The notes: generated by a model from the sequence alone, not told the origin. A stretch of DNA of 64,000 bases from Nitrospirales bacterium (GCA_963555755.3 OY820905.2:3520001-3584000), one strand, 5' to 3'. Positions 31,241 through 42,591 are shown, counted from the stretch's first letter. Program-made: numbers and translations.

Positions 31241-32709
31241 CAATACTGTTCACTTAGATGAAAATCTGTTATACTTCGCCTCCACACGTAATCTGGGAGG
31301 AGGCAACATGGCAAGAAAGAAAGTCGGCTTGGGGGCGGGGGCTCGATTGGCGGATTATTTGAGCACGGGATTACTGGCTCGTGCCTTTCCGGTGGCCATC
31401 ATCAACGAAGAACTTGACGCACATCATTGTAACAGTGAACGTGTCCGCACCTTTCCCGCTTCTGCCGTGGTGTACTACACCATGGCGTTGAGCTTATACA
31501 GCGAGGCCGCGTACGAAGCGGTGTTTGCCGCTGTGGCCCAAGGGCTGGCATGGAAAGACCACAAACCCGTTGCTCCCGTGAGCGTTGTCAAATCCGCCAT
31601 CAGCAAAGCCCGCTCACGGCTGACGTGGCAGGCGCTGAAAGCCATTGGACAGCGCTGCTTGCGCCCGTTGGCTCGTCCAGAGCATGCCCACGCCTTTTTT
31701 GCAGGCTACCGACTCGTCGCGATAGATGGCTCCAACTTTGAGGTCCCGGATGAGGAAGCCAATGTGCAAGCCTTTGGGTACCCAGGCAGCCGAACCGGGC
31801 AGGCCGGCTACCCCCAAGCCCAGTGCGCCATTTTGACGGAATGTGCCAGTCACGCCATTTTGGATGCCGAACTAGGGGCCTATAAGCAGGCCGAATGGGA
31901 GGTGGCCGCGCCCTTGGTGCGTCGCCTCACGCCCGACATGCTCTGCATGGCCGATCGCGGCTTTGTCGGGTACGCCCATTGGCAGGCCGGCCTTCAGACC
32001 GGAGCGCAACTACTCTGGCGCATGCCGAAGAGCTTGATCCTTCCAGTTGACAAGCTGTTGGACGATGGCTCGTACCTGAGCCATCTGTATCCCAGTGAAC
32101 GCGCCAGAAGAAAGCGAATTGATGGGATCGCCATCAGGGTGATTGAGTATGTCTTACCGCAGGGGCCCAATAGCGAACCGCTGTACCGTCTCGTCACCAC
32201 GCTGCTGGATGACCAAGGCGCACCCGCCCAGGACCTGGCTCAACTGTATCACGAGCGCTGGGAGGTGGAATTGGTGTTTGATGAGCTGAAGACGCACCTG
32301 AGGCAACGTCGTCGCGTCCTGCGCAGTAAAACGCCAGAGTTGGTGCGTCAAGAGTTCTACGGATGGGTGATGGCCCACTACGCCGTGCGCTGGTTGATGT
32401 ATCAAGGGGCCACCCAGGCAGACATCCCTGACCGCACGGTATCTTTTACGGCCACGGTGCAGTTAGTGCGTCGAACCCTGCCCCAATCTGGGGCCCTTCC
32501 CCCCTGAGCGCCAAAAAACATGGTATCGGCTGCTGTTTGAGGCGACGGCGAAACTGTTGTGTGAATCCAGTCGTGGAAAAATCAAGCCGAGGATGGTGAA
32601 ACGCCGAAACTCTCCATACGCACCGTACAAACGTCCGAGACCGCCCGTTGCGCAAATTGACTGGACACCATCCATCAAACCACCGAAGATATCTAAGTGA
32701 ACAGTATTG
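31241..32709 (+). mobile_element. IS4-family IS copy B (transposase 31308-32507), 10-bp TSD AGACCTGACC
   Basis: Near-identical to copy A but inverted; TSD at 31231-31240 and 32710-32719. Confidence 0.92.
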
Positions 32710-33302
32710 AGACCTGACCCCCAACATGACCCCCAACATGACCCCCAACACAGCGTCGTCCCCTATAAATCAACGGATTGTCTCGAGGCGAATTGTGTGT
32801 TCAGGGTGGAGTTTCGTTAAGTTGACAATACCGACCATGTTATTTGGGTGCAGACCTCGTACAGTGGCGACAGAGGCTATTGATGATACCGTGGTAGAAT
32901 GATACTACGTAAATATGCCTAGTATTCAGATTTTGAAAAAATTGCACGTATGCTACGAGGGGGCCGGTCTTTGAGCACCGAACGAAACAATTGTGGGATC
33001 GACTTTCTGCAGGAGCAAATTTCGGGGCTATTAAGCAGTTACCCTGGTCCCAGTTTTGCTCCCAGTTCACTCCCAGTTTTGCTCCCAGTTCGGGATCTAT
33101 CGCGATCGCACTTAATCGTACCTTAAAGACGCGATTCCCTTTTATTGACGAGGGGATTGTCGCACTGTATCTTACGCAATCATTCTGAGTCTTCAATGGC
33201 CTTCCTAGGACTTCTTTGCTGATTCTCTACCCAGGGTTGCAGGAGCACAGAAGGTCCCCTATAATTTCTATCCGTAGGACCTTTCAGGAAGGATTGATCC
33301 CC

Positions 33303-33617
33303 ATGAGTACGCTGCCTTTATCATTTCGGCTGAGAAATGCCGTGGTCGAGAGACATCAATTGGAAGGGATGGACCCGAGTGCGCGGTATTTCAATCGAAC
33401 CATTTCCGTGAAACGGGTCGATCGCGGGTATTCCGGCAAAGTGATGTATGAAGCCTTAGAACGCGAAAGCGGCGTGTTCCCCACGGTCTCCGAGGCGCTG
33501 ACCGAAGTTGTCAAGATGTTTCACGACTTGGGATTCATTGAAATGCGTACTCGGTTGAATTTTAAAGGCCAGAAATATTTGGCGGAAAAAGAATCATGGG
33601 TGGAATACTCAAACTGA
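33303..33617 (+). CDS. Hypothetical protein
   Basis: ORF with plausible RBS and composition (MSTLPLSFRLRNAVVERHQLEG...). Confidence 0.65.
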   Translation: MSTLPLSFRLRNAVVERHQLEGMDPSARYFNRTISVKRVDRGYSGKVMYEALERESGVFPTVSEALTEVVKMFHDLGFIEMRTRLNFKGQKYLAEKESWVEYSN

Positions 33618-33669
33618 CCCTCACACGAACTCTTCTTTTCAATCCTCTCGTATTGTCACACCATTGCGG

Positions 33670-33805
33670 CTCAGGTATTTAGGCTGAAGACTGAAGGCTA
33701 TCTCATAATGCCCGAAGTGTTGAATGCTCACGCCTGACTGGCCCCTATAGTCTTCAGCCTTCAGCCTTCAGCCTTCAGTCTTCGGCCTTCAGCCTTCGGC
33801 CTTGA
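33670..33805. repeat. Heptamer (CTTCAGC/GCTGAAG) palindromic repeat element
   Basis: GGCTGAAGACTGAAGGC opposed by a CTTCAGC array; related to 39089-39296. Confidence 0.7.
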
Positions 33806-33834
33806 GTCTGTCCACCTGAGTAAAGACGTGCCCC

Positions 33835-34962
33835 TTAATTTCCACTTCCAAATTCTTCGCCCACCAGGTCGTGTAGTTTGGGACGAAAGTCTTTGATCTG
33901 TTTATTCGCTCGCGTGGGATGGACTCGGTTCGATAACAGAATGACTTCCAATTCCCGGACAGGATCAATCCACAAGGACGTTCCGGCATAACCCAGATGC
34001 CCAAACGATTCTGGCGAAAAGTGGCGGCCGGATGAAGACGGCCGCGACGGCGTATCCCATCCCAACGCCCAACTCGAGGTGCCAGAGGAATCCTGGCGCC
34101 GGACAAACTGTTGAGCCAGATCAGGGGGAAGCCGCGAGGAACGCCCTAACACCGCCTGTAGCCACGCTCCAGAAACTTGGCTCACACTCAACGCCGTACC
34201 AAATAATCCTGCATGCCCTGCTATGCCGCCCAAGGCATAGGCGTTTTCATCATGCACATCCGCCTGCACAAGCCGACCTCGCCATGGATCGTGTTCAGTC
34301 GGCGCGACATGGGTAAGGTCGCCATCCCCGCCTGCGGGATGTCCTTCAGTATCGATAAAAAACAACGGATTGCTGTTGAGCGTTTCATAGATCCGATTGC
34401 GACAATACGCAGCCAGCGAAGATCCAACACATCGTTCGATCACGACACCCAACACGATGAATCCCAGATCGCTGTACACACTGTGATTGTCAGGCTCATA
34501 CTCCAGTGCCTCCCCCGCAATGGTTCGCACAAGGCCTTGTATTCTTTCTTGTCGTTCGTTCCCATTTTTGGGGGACAACCCCGCCGGAGACAATGTCTTG
34601 TAATACGGTCGCCAAGCAGGGAGCCCTGAACTGTGATGAAGGAGTTGCCGAATGGTGGTGGCCTGATACGAAGTGGATTCCCACTCGCTGATCCATTCCT
34701 GAACCGGTTGGTCAAGATCCAGTTGCCCATCTTGCAGAAGACACAAGATGGCTGTGGTTGTCGCCAAAGGTTTGGTGAGGGAGGCTAGATCGTAAATGGT
34801 TTCAGTCAGAACCGGACAATCATACGGTGGATGTCCCATGTGCCCGACGGCGTGATGATACACGACCTCGCTATGGGAACGGACAAAGAGCACGGCTCCG
34901 GGGAACACCCCCTCGCGAACCGCTTCCTGAAGAAATGGGGTAATGGAATCAGCCCGACTCAT
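33835..34962 (-). CDS. Serine hydrolase, beta-lactamase/AmiE-like family
   Basis: YDLASLTK (SxxK), YSDLGF, AGHAGLF, FGHLGYAGTSLWIDP, LSNRVHP. Confidence 0.85.
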   Translation of the reverse strand: MSRADSITPFLQEAVREGVFPGAVLFVRSHSEVVYHHAVGHMGHPPYDCPVLTETIYDLASLTKPLATTTAILCLLQDGQLDLDQPVQEWISEWESTSYQATTIRQLLHHSSGLPAWRPYYKTLSPAGLSPKNGNERQERIQGLVRTIAGEALEYEPDNHSVYSDLGFIVLGVVIERCVGSSLAAYCRNRIYETLNSNPLFFIDTEGHPAGGDGDLTHVAPTEHDPWRGRLVQADVHDENAYALGGIAGHAGLFGTALSVSQVSGAWLQAVLGRSSRLPPDLAQQFVRRQDSSGTSSWALGWDTPSRPSSSGRHFSPESFGHLGYAGTSLWIDPVRELEVILLSNRVHPTRANKQIKDFRPKLHDLVGEEFGSGN

Positions 34963-34994
34963 TCGCGCAGAGCCATAACAAAGCATTCAACGAA

Positions 34995-35162
34995 GCAGGA
35001 TGTTGAAAAAGGTCCATTGTCTGACCCACCCAACCCAGGCGCGCCAAGACGCGCCCTTCCACGGGCAAGGCCGCAGGCCATTTGGCGCGCGGAGCGTACT
35101 CATAGTACGTGAGCACGACAAAGGGCCGAGAACGCCGCTGGCGGCCTTTTGCAACATCCTGC
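34995..35162. repeat. MITE-like repeat family (GxxxTGTTGAAAAA...TTTTxCAACAxCC); further copies at 35580-35700, 36596-36716, 47431-47554, 50120-50240, 51864-51987, 58978-59102
   Basis: Shared terminal inverted repeats and internal CAAGGCCGCA / GCGTAC..GTACG / GAGAACGCCGCTGGCGG cores. Confidence 0.85.
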
Positions 35163-35166
35163 CAGG

Positions 35167-35463
35167 TTAGTTCAATCGCATGCCAATATCCCGTATGGTC
35201 TCGACCACGGCATATTGTAGAAATATGATGAGGAGAATCGCCAGAATGGGTGAGACATCCATCCCTCCGATGATACCCACCCGTCGCCGTATCGTGTACA
35301 GCACAGGATCTGTGGCGCGTCCTAAAAATTGGATAATTGGATTATACGGATCCGGGTTCACCCAGGAAATAACTGCTCGAATAATGATCAACCACATGTA
35401 CAGAAACAATACGGTATCTAAGACATACGCAACACCCTGCAAAATGTTTCCAATCGCAAACAT
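35167..35463 (-). CDS. yggT: YggT family membrane protein
   Basis: IIRAVISWVNPDPYNPIIQFL..ATDP; DVSPI. Confidence 0.9.
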   Translation of the reverse strand: MFAIGNILQGVAYVLDTVLFLYMWLIIIRAVISWVNPDPYNPIIQFLGRATDPVLYTIRRRVGIIGGMDVSPILAILLIIFLQYAVVETIRDIGMRLN

Positions 35464-35795
35464 AGGCTCCTCTAGTTCATTTCCGGTCAATCCACTCAGG
35501 TTAGTGAGAGCATTGGACAGCGTCTCTTGACGTTCCTCTGCTTATCGGCAGGTTTTGGCCCAATCTTTCGTCTTTTTTGGGGACTGTTGAAAAAAGCCGC
35601 CAGCTGCGTTTTCATTGCTCGAAGGGCTCAACGTACGCAGCGTACGCCTCGCCCTCCTCGCTGCTTGCGGCCTTGCTGGACGGCCTTTTTGAACAGTCCC
35701 GATTCCTATTGTCGTTATAGGTGGTATATCAAAACCAATGGTCAATCGAGGATCTTTCAATTATTCAACAGACCCTTTTTGGCCGAGCTTCCTTA

Positions 35796-36512
35796 TTATG
35801 GCCGGGCTCCGAATAAGGCAGCGCCGACTCGAACAAGAGTTGCCCCTTCCTGAATGGCGATGGGGTAATCATTCGACATGCCCATCGACAATTCCTTCAT
35901 ATCAACGCCAGGAAGGTGAAGAGCGTCAATCTCTTCAGCTAGAATTTTGACCTTTCGGAAATACGGTCGCATGGCTTCTGGGTCTTCCTCCCTGGGAGGG
36001 ATTGCCATCAGTCCATCAACCTTCACATGGCCAAACCTGGCAATTCCGGGTATGGCCTTGAGTAAGTCTGAGGCTGAAAACCCACCTTTCGTGGACTCAT
36101 TCCCTATGTTCACTTGCAACAAGATAGACTGCTGGAGTTGGCGTTCTTCTGCCCGGCGATGGAGCTCTTCGATATGTTCCAGTGACTCAATTGAATGGAT
36201 GACGGAAAATCGCCCAACCATCGATTTCAATTTTCTTCGCTGCACACGGCCAATGAAATGCCAGGTCAACCCCGGTGACGCTCCGATGGCCTCCATTTTG
36301 GCTTGCGCTTCTTGGAGACGATTTTCTCCGCAAATCGTGATGCCAGCGGCAATGGCCTGACGAACACGTTCGGCCTCAACGTACTTTGTCACTGCCACTA
36401 ACTGCACGGTGTGAGGTTCACGTCCGGCTTGCACCATGGCAGCATGAATGCTCTTCAACACAGACTGGACGTTGGCGGCAATATCGGGCATGAGAAGATC
36501 GTGATCCGTCAT
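35796..36512 (-). CDS. yggS: PLP homeostasis protein YggS
   Basis: LVAVTK, GENRLQE, WHFIG, ELSMGMSNDY, GATLVRVG. Confidence 0.93.
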   Translation of the reverse strand: MTDHDLLMPDIAANVQSVLKSIHAAMVQAGREPHTVQLVAVTKYVEAERVRQAIAAGITICGENRLQEAQAKMEAIGASPGLTWHFIGRVQRRKLKSMVGRFSVIHSIESLEHIEELHRRAEERQLQQSILLQVNIGNESTKGGFSASDLLKAIPGIARFGHVKVDGLMAIPPREEDPEAMRPYFRKVKILAEEIDALHLPGVDMKELSMGMSNDYPIAIQEGATLVRVGAALFGARP

Positions 36513-36718
36513 GCGTGATGCGTGACGCGAAAATAGAACGGATTCTCGTTTTACGCTTCACGGATCACCCCTCACAAGTTTCGCCATTCAGCGAAGGGGC
36601 TGTTGAAAAAGGTTGTCCAGCAAGGCCGCAGGCGTTTTGGCGCACGGAGCGTACTCATAGTACGTGAGCACGGCAAAGGGCCGAGAACGCCGCTGGCGGC
36701 CTTTTGCAACAGCCCCGG

Positions 36719-37480
36719 CTAATTCAGCATGATCCCGCTGACCATCGTCCCATGCACCGTGCCTTCACGCCGATAGGAAAAGAATTGTTCCGGGCGACAG
36801 ATCGTGCACAGATTGAGTGTTTGAATCTGTTCTCGTACGACGCCCGTTTCCAAAGCTTGTCGGCACAACAATTCTTTCAGATCAAATTTCCCAACATGTG
36901 CGCCCTGCATGGTCAACACGGACGCCCAATCAGAGAAGTGCGACTGAAGCGATTCAATCACCGGGCCATCCACTTCATAACAACACGGACCGGCTGATGG
37001 ACCAATCGCCATCTGGATCGATTCAACTGCACACCCAAAGTGCTCAGCCATTCGCTGCAAGGTCTTGGGAACGATGCCATGCACCGCTCCGCGCCATCCT
37101 GCATGGACCATGCCGACAATGCGCTGCTTGGGATCAGCCAGCAACACCGGAACACAATCAGCGGTTCGCACCGTCACCAACAAGTTGGGTTGATTGGTGA
37201 GAATGGCATCCCACCCCTCCGTGAACTTTTCACCAACCTGCACGGGTCGATCCAGGATCAAGACGTCGGTACCGTGAACTTGTTTTACCGAGACGACCTC
37301 TGGAAAGTCCGGTTCCGCGGCCTTCACCGTCCCCAGTTCGCCACTGGATCCACCATAGTCAGGACCACGACGTGTTCCAAAAAAGTGTGTGATCGATCGG
37401 GTCTGTTCTCGAAACCGTGATAACGTGAGATGCGGGACCATCTTCAATTCAGGACCGTGTCGTTCAGCCAAGAGAACCAT
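36719..37480 (-). CDS. pgeF: Peptidoglycan editing factor PgeF / YfiH laccase-domain protein
   Basis: QVHG, TADCVPV, HAGWRG, IGPSAGPCCYEV, FFSYRR; the longer ORF-track start runs through a repeat. Confidence 0.9.
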   Translation of the reverse strand: MVLLAERHGPELKMVPHLTLSRFREQTRSITHFFGTRRGPDYGGSSGELGTVKAAEPDFPEVVSVKQVHGTDVLILDRPVQVGEKFTEGWDAILTNQPNLLVTVRTADCVPVLLADPKQRIVGMVHAGWRGAVHGIVPKTLQRMAEHFGCAVESIQMAIGPSAGPCCYEVDGPVIESLQSHFSDWASVLTMQGAHVGKFDLKELLCRQALETGVVREQIQTLNLCTICRPEQFFSYRREGTVHGTMVSGIMLN

Positions 37481-37566
37481 CCCTCGTTCCCTCCTTTTCT
37501 CATGGATTCCGCTCGAACATACGTTGAACGGATTTGTGGGTTTTTGTCTGCCCTCCATTTTAAATA

Positions 37567-37758
37567 CGAATATCGAAATCCGAAACACATCCGAAATGTC
37601 AAACTCGAATGGTTTAAACGGATCATTCCGAACACATGCTCGCATACCACGGGCACATTCATTCTTCGAAGTTGTACTGACCGTTTCCAGGCATGTGTGT
37701 TATCTCCCATTTTGGCATTTGAATGTGTTTCGGATTTCGACATTCGTCTTTCGGATTT
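37567..37758. repeat. Heptamer-based palindromic repeat (CGAAAT type)
   Basis: CGAATATCGAAATCCGAAACACAT ... ATGTGTTTCGGATTTCGACATTCG. Confidence 0.65.
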
Positions 37759-37783
37759 ATTCCACGGACTTCTACCGGGAACC

Positions 37784-38992
37784 TTAATTTCCCCGTCGTC
37801 GTATGAACGTGGGCACATCCCAGTCTTCATCAACGAGCAAATTCCCTTGATTGGGGATATGGCGACTGGATTCCATTCGACGCATGAACGTTGGCCGATC
37901 CAGATCCGATTCATCGCCTGTCATGGTTGCCGATCGAACAGCAGCCAAGGCCGGTTGTGGTGTCGGCGGCACATACATCGTCGTACGCTCCTGCATGGCT
38001 GGACTGATGACCGGTTGCGGCTTAGCTTTGGGTTCTGGCTGTTCAAATCCCGTCGCGATGACCGTGACCACCACTTCTTCTTCCATGTCAGGATCAATGA
38101 CTTGCCCCACAATAATATTGGCTTGGGGATCCGCGGCTTCTTTGGCGATCTGCGACGCTTCATCCACTTCGTGCAAAGACAAATTGAGGCCACCGGTGAT
38201 GTTCAGCAGCATGCCCTTGGCCCCTTCAACACTACCATCCTCAAGCAACGGACTGGAAATGGCTTGTTTCGCAGCCTCCAACGCCCGATTCGTACCCTTG
38301 GCCACACCCATGCCCATTACGGCTCGACCGGAATATCCCATGATGGTTTGGACATCGGCAAAGTCCACATTGACGAGACCCGGCATGGTAATCACATCAG
38401 TGATTCCCTTGATAGCTTGGCGCAACACATCATCCGCGACTTTATACGCTTCGAGAAGCGGCATGCTTTTGTCCACCAAAGTCAGCAATTTCTGATTGGG
38501 GATGATCAGTAGCGAATCCACGTGACGTCTCAATTCGCGAAGCCCTTCTTCAGCATACCCCATTCGTCGATGTCCTTCATACTGAAACGGTTTCGTCACG
38601 ACCCCGACGGTCAAAATTCCCAATTCCCGGGCAATGCCAGCAACCACCGGTGCACCACCTGTCCCAGTGCCTCCGCCCATGCCCGCCGTGACGAACACCA
38701 TGTCTGCTCCATCCAGCGCTTCCCGAATTTGCGCTTCGCTTTCGATCGCGGCGTCTTTTCCGATTTCGGGTTTGGCCCCCGCGCCCAACCCTCTGGTTCG
38801 TTCCGGACCCAATTGGATTTTGAACGGAGCCGAGGATTGACCCAATGACTGCAGATCGGTATTGGCAATAATAAATTCGACCCTTGTCAATCCGGCTGAC
38901 ATCATCGAATTTACGGCATTGCAACCTGCGCCTCCCATGCCGATCACTTTGATTCGAATGGGAGAAAATTCTTGTTCCTGAAATGAAAACAT
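37784..38992 (-). CDS. ftsZ: Cell division protein FtsZ
   Basis: [18 protein letters not shown]-terminal DVPTFIRR. Confidence 0.98.
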   Translation of the reverse strand: MFSFQEQEFSPIRIKVIGMGGAGCNAVNSMMSAGLTRVEFIIANTDLQSLGQSSAPFKIQLGPERTRGLGAGAKPEIGKDAAIESEAQIREALDGADMVFVTAGMGGGTGTGGAPVVAGIARELGILTVGVVTKPFQYEGHRRMGYAEEGLRELRRHVDSLLIIPNQKLLTLVDKSMPLLEAYKVADDVLRQAIKGITDVITMPGLVNVDFADVQTIMGYSGRAVMGMGVAKGTNRALEAAKQAISSPLLEDGSVEGAKGMLLNITGGLNLSLHEVDEASQIAKEAADPQANIIVGQVIDPDMEEEVVVTVIATGFEQPEPKAKPQPVISPAMQERTTMYVPPTPQPALAAVRSATMTGDESDLDRPTFMRRMESSRHIPNQGNLLVDEDWDVPTFIRRRGN

Positions 38993-39088
38993 CGGACGCC
39001 TCCTTTCCCTAAATTCTTGAAGTACAACCTTGCCGTTCTTGTATTCGTTCGATCATCTCTCGTTCGCTTGTCACTACTCCGGTGGAGA

Positions 39089-39296
39089 GACTGAAGGCCG
39101 AAGGCTTTTAGGGGGCCATCATGCGTGATCATAAAAAACGTCGGGCATTATGAGTAATAACCTTCAGCCTTCAGTCTTTAACCTTCAGCCTTTAACCTTC
39201 AGTCTTCAGTCTTTAACCTTCAGTCTTCAGTCTTTAACCTTCAGTCTTTAACCTTCAGTCTTTAGCCTTCAGCCTTCAGCCTTCAGCCTAAATACC
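39089..39296. repeat. Heptamer array (CTTCAGT/CTTTAAC/CTTCAGC) with a short inverted partner
   Basis: Tandem 7-mers 39161-39290; ACTGAAGGCCGAAGG near 39090. Confidence 0.8.
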
Positions 39297-39314
39297 TAAG
39301 TAGTTCCGTTCCTC

Positions 39315-40562
39315 TCAAAAAAAGTTCAACACCCACCCTTTCATGCGATCCACCACACTCCCGAATCCGGGGCTACCTTTTCTGCCGCCCGGTTTCCCAA
39401 TTAATTCAAAATCTTGATCCATGCGATTCGCATGCAAAATGAGCCCGACCCCAGTCGAAAACATGGGGTTATTGACGATGTCACGCAAGCCTCCCACGCC
39501 GAAAGGAATGCCTCGCCGCCCGGGAAGATCCAACACACGTTCGGCCGCGTCAGGCATGCCTTGCAGTAACGAGGTGCCACCGGTAATGACCACGCCAGCA
39601 GCCAATTTGCCCTCATATCCGGAACGACGAATCTCTCGAAGGACCAATTCAAAAATCTCCTCGACACGCGGTTCAATGATTTCTGCCACCTCGCGTTTAC
39701 AGAGATCCCGCGAAGGCCGTCCGCCCACACTGGGGACTTCCACCATTTCCGTATCCTTGACCATGCTGGCCAACGCCGAACCGTGGCGGACTTTGATCTT
39801 CTCTGCATCGGCCAATGATGTTCGTAATCCGATTTGTAAATCCCTGGTGAGGTGTTGCCCGCCAACCGGGAGCACCGCTGAATGGCTAATCGTTCCCTCC
39901 GAAAAAATAGCAACATCAGACGTGCCCCCACCGAGATCGACCATGGCGATGCCCAGCTCTTTTTCCTCCTCGGTCAACACCGCTTCACTCGATGCCAGAG
40001 GCTGCAACACGATATCGATCACATCCAGTCCGGCCCGATTGACGCACTTGACCAAATTCTGCGCCGAGGTCACTGCCCCAGTGACAATGTGCACATCGAC
40101 TTCCAAACGCGACCCGGAAATGCCAACCGGCACACGAATGCCTTCTTGATCATCGACGATAAATTCCCGTGGCAGGACGTGGAGAATGCGACGGTCTGAG
40201 GGCACCACCGCCGCGGCACGAGCCGTTTCAATAGCACGCTGAACATCGGCTCGCATCACTTCATGCCGTTTGAGTGCCACCACGCCATTCGCGGTTTCAC
40301 TCGCAATGTGCCCCCCGGCAATGCCAATGTACACGGAATTGATTTGCACGGCAGCCATCAACTCCGCTTCTTCCACGGCTTTTTTGATGGACTCCACCGT
40401 ACTTTCAATATTCACCACTACACCCTTGCGTAACCCTCTGGAGAGACTGGACCCCACCCCAATTATGTTGATCCCTCGGTCATCCGTCACTTCGGCGACG
40501 ATGGCACAGATCTTGGTGGTGCCGATATCCAATCCAACCACAATGTGTTCCTTTTTGGCCAT
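39315..40562 (-). CDS. ftsA: Cell division protein FtsA
   Basis: GLDIGTTKI, VDLGGGTSD, VITGGTS. Confidence 0.97.
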   Translation of the reverse strand: MAKKEHIVVGLDIGTTKICAIVAEVTDDRGINIIGVGSSLSRGLRKGVVVNIESTVESIKKAVEEAELMAAVQINSVYIGIAGGHIASETANGVVALKRHEVMRADVQRAIETARAAAVVPSDRRILHVLPREFIVDDQEGIRVPVGISGSRLEVDVHIVTGAVTSAQNLVKCVNRAGLDVIDIVLQPLASSEAVLTEEEKELGIAMVDLGGGTSDVAIFSEGTISHSAVLPVGGQHLTRDLQIGLRTSLADAEKIKVRHGSALASMVKDTEMVEVPSVGGRPSRDLCKREVAEIIEPRVEEIFELVLREIRRSGYEGKLAAGVVITGGTSLLQGMPDAAERVLDLPGRRGIPFGVGGLRDIVNNPMFSTGVGLILHANRMDQDFELIGKPGGRKGSPGFGSVVDRMKGWVLNFF

Positions 40563-40752
40563 GATGCTTGGTTACCCCCTCTGGACCTGAGAGAAAATAC
40601 CTTGGACATCTCGCATCCAATCTTCGGGCCATCTTTGAACGGACCTCAACCGAAACACTCTCAACATAGCTGTGCTATGCCTCGGGTTTCCCCAATCGTT
40701 CCATCCAAATCTGACCCAAATCTTGGCGCGATATTGTCCAAGTTGTTTTCTC

Positions 40753-41523
40753 TCAGGTCCTTTGCCGAACAATTACTCGGTCTGAATATCGTAAATCGAT
40801 TTCATACGGTTCCGTTAGTAACCCCGCCTGGATCGTTGACTCCAACGCCAGATACTGTGGCCATGCCTGTTGAATGTCTTGATTGACTCGAAACGTCACG
40901 TCCTCGGTCGCAGCCACGATTTCATTCGGATCACGAAGATCAATATGTAATGGCCCGAGAAATCGTTCCGCAATGAGCCTGGCTACCGTCACCCCCAATC
41001 GAGCCCGATCTCGCGTCGTCGGTTCCCCTTCCAACAATCGAATGGCGGAAAGGCCAGAGAACATCGGCAATCCTGAGATGCCATCATCAGGTGCAATCGA
41101 CAAGACCACGCCATCCTGATCCACAAACAATTGGCCACCCGCATGCTGAAATGCAGCAGCAGGTTCCCGTTCATGGATCACCACCGCTAAGGTATGAGGA
41201 AGCGCCCGTCCCACTGATACCGAGGCAATCCGCGGATGGGCTACAAGGCGTTGTTGCAACGCGATTGGATCAATCGTCCACAGGCTGCTCTCCGGAGGAA
41301 GGGCTAAGAGCGAAAGAATTTCTCCGCGCTTCATAAACTTCACACCGGAAATAGACACATGCTGAATCGAGGTCCATCCTGCAATGGCTTGCGGCACCAG
41401 ATGATAACTTGCAAGCCCCACCGACAGCATGACCCCAAACATAACCATGCGACGCCACCATGCTTTTCGATCCACCGCCGCGCGGCTGGATTGATTACTC
41501 TTGAGCGAATGACGTCGCCTCAT
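40753..41523 (-). CDS. ftsQ: Cell division protein FtsQ/DivIB
   Basis: TM segment, POTRA-like region, IDLRY; position between ddl and ftsA. Confidence 0.88.
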   Translation of the reverse strand: MRRRHSLKSNQSSRAAVDRKAWWRRMVMFGVMLSVGLASYHLVPQAIAGWTSIQHVSISGVKFMKRGEILSLLALPPESSLWTIDPIALQQRLVAHPRIASVSVGRALPHTLAVVIHEREPAAAFQHAGGQLFVDQDGVVLSIAPDDGISGLPMFSGLSAIRLLEGEPTTRDRARLGVTVARLIAERFLGPLHIDLRDPNEIVAATEDVTFRVNQDIQQAWPQYLALESTIQAGLLTEPYEIDLRYSDRVIVRQRT

Positions 41524-42485
41524 TTCCTCTTTCCTTTTGACTGGGACTTCTTGGCAATCTGCGTTCTCGTTGACTGTCGCTTGAGCGCGGATTGGAGAAT
41601 TCGCTCGGTCAATGATTCATAATTTATCCCGGCCTGAGCCGCGGCCATGGGCAACAGGCTGCGTGCTGTCATGCCGGGGATCGTATTGATTTCTAAAAAA
41701 AACGGCCGGCCTTTGGAATTGAGACGAAAATCAACACGGGCCGCGCCTTCACATCCCAAGACTTGGTAGGAACGTACGGCCAATTCCTTCACTTGATGAT
41801 CCTGTGTTTTCGTCAATGGTGCGGGACACAGATACCGTGTTTCCGATTTTTCATATTTCGCCGCGTAGTCATAAAAACCTCCTGGAGCCACAATTTCCAC
41901 GCTAGGCAAGGCCTTCCCATCTAACACGGACACCGCGATTTCTCGCCCATCAATAAACGTCTCCACGACAATGGCCGATCCTTGTCGCCAGGCACGCCGA
42001 AGGGCACTCTTCCACTGTGCCGGCGTATGAACGATAGAAACCCCGACCGTTGATCCCTGATCAACAGGTTTCACCACCAAAGGCCATTTCAATTTTTTGG
42101 GTGGCATGGCGCCTTGCCCTTTTCGAATGCACGTACCTGTGGCGACGGGCACACCTTCTCGTTCGACCAAAATTTTCGTCATCGACTTATCCATTCCAAC
42201 AGCGCTGGCTCGAACACCAGATCCCGTGTAGGGAATTCCGAGTACGTCCAACAAGCCTTGAACTGTTCCATCCTCACCACCAGGACCATGCAGAGCGAGA
42301 AACGCAACATCGATCTTCTTATTTCTGAGCACCCAGGGTAGGGACGCGTCAACATCAATCATGGTGGCTCGATACCCGCGCTGCACCAGCGCCGCATAAA
42401 TGGCCTTGCCGGTTTTGAGGGAAATCTCACGTTCAGCGGAAGCTCCACCCATGAGGACTCCAATGTGGGCGTTCGTTAATGGCAT
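41520..42485 (-). CDS. ddl: D-alanine--D-alanine ligase
   Basis: GGASAEREIS, LHGPGGEDG, FYDYAAKY, EINTIPG. Confidence 0.96.
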   Translation of the reverse strand: MPLTNAHIGVLMGGASAEREISLKTGKAIYAALVQRGYRATMIDVDASLPWVLRNKKIDVAFLALHGPGGEDGTVQGLLDVLGIPYTGSGVRASAVGMDKSMTKILVEREGVPVATGTCIRKGQGAMPPKKLKWPLVVKPVDQGSTVGVSIVHTPAQWKSALRRAWRQGSAIVVETFIDGREIAVSVLDGKALPSVEIVAPGGFYDYAAKYEKSETRYLCPAPLTKTQDHQVKELAVRSYQVLGCEGAARVDFRLNSKGRPFFLEINTIPGMTARSLLPMAAAQAGINYESLTERILQSALKRQSTRTQIAKKSQSKGKRK

Positions 42486-42591
42486 ATCTTCTTCATTTCG
42501 TGATGCGTAATCCGTGATGCGTGATGCGTGATGCGTAAAAAAAGAAGTTTTCTTGTCCTACGCTTCACGCATCACGCATTACGCTTCACGT

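Noticed and set aside
29570..32709. Composite transposon of inverted IS4 copies
   Set aside because: Each copy has its own TSD, which indicates separate insertions.
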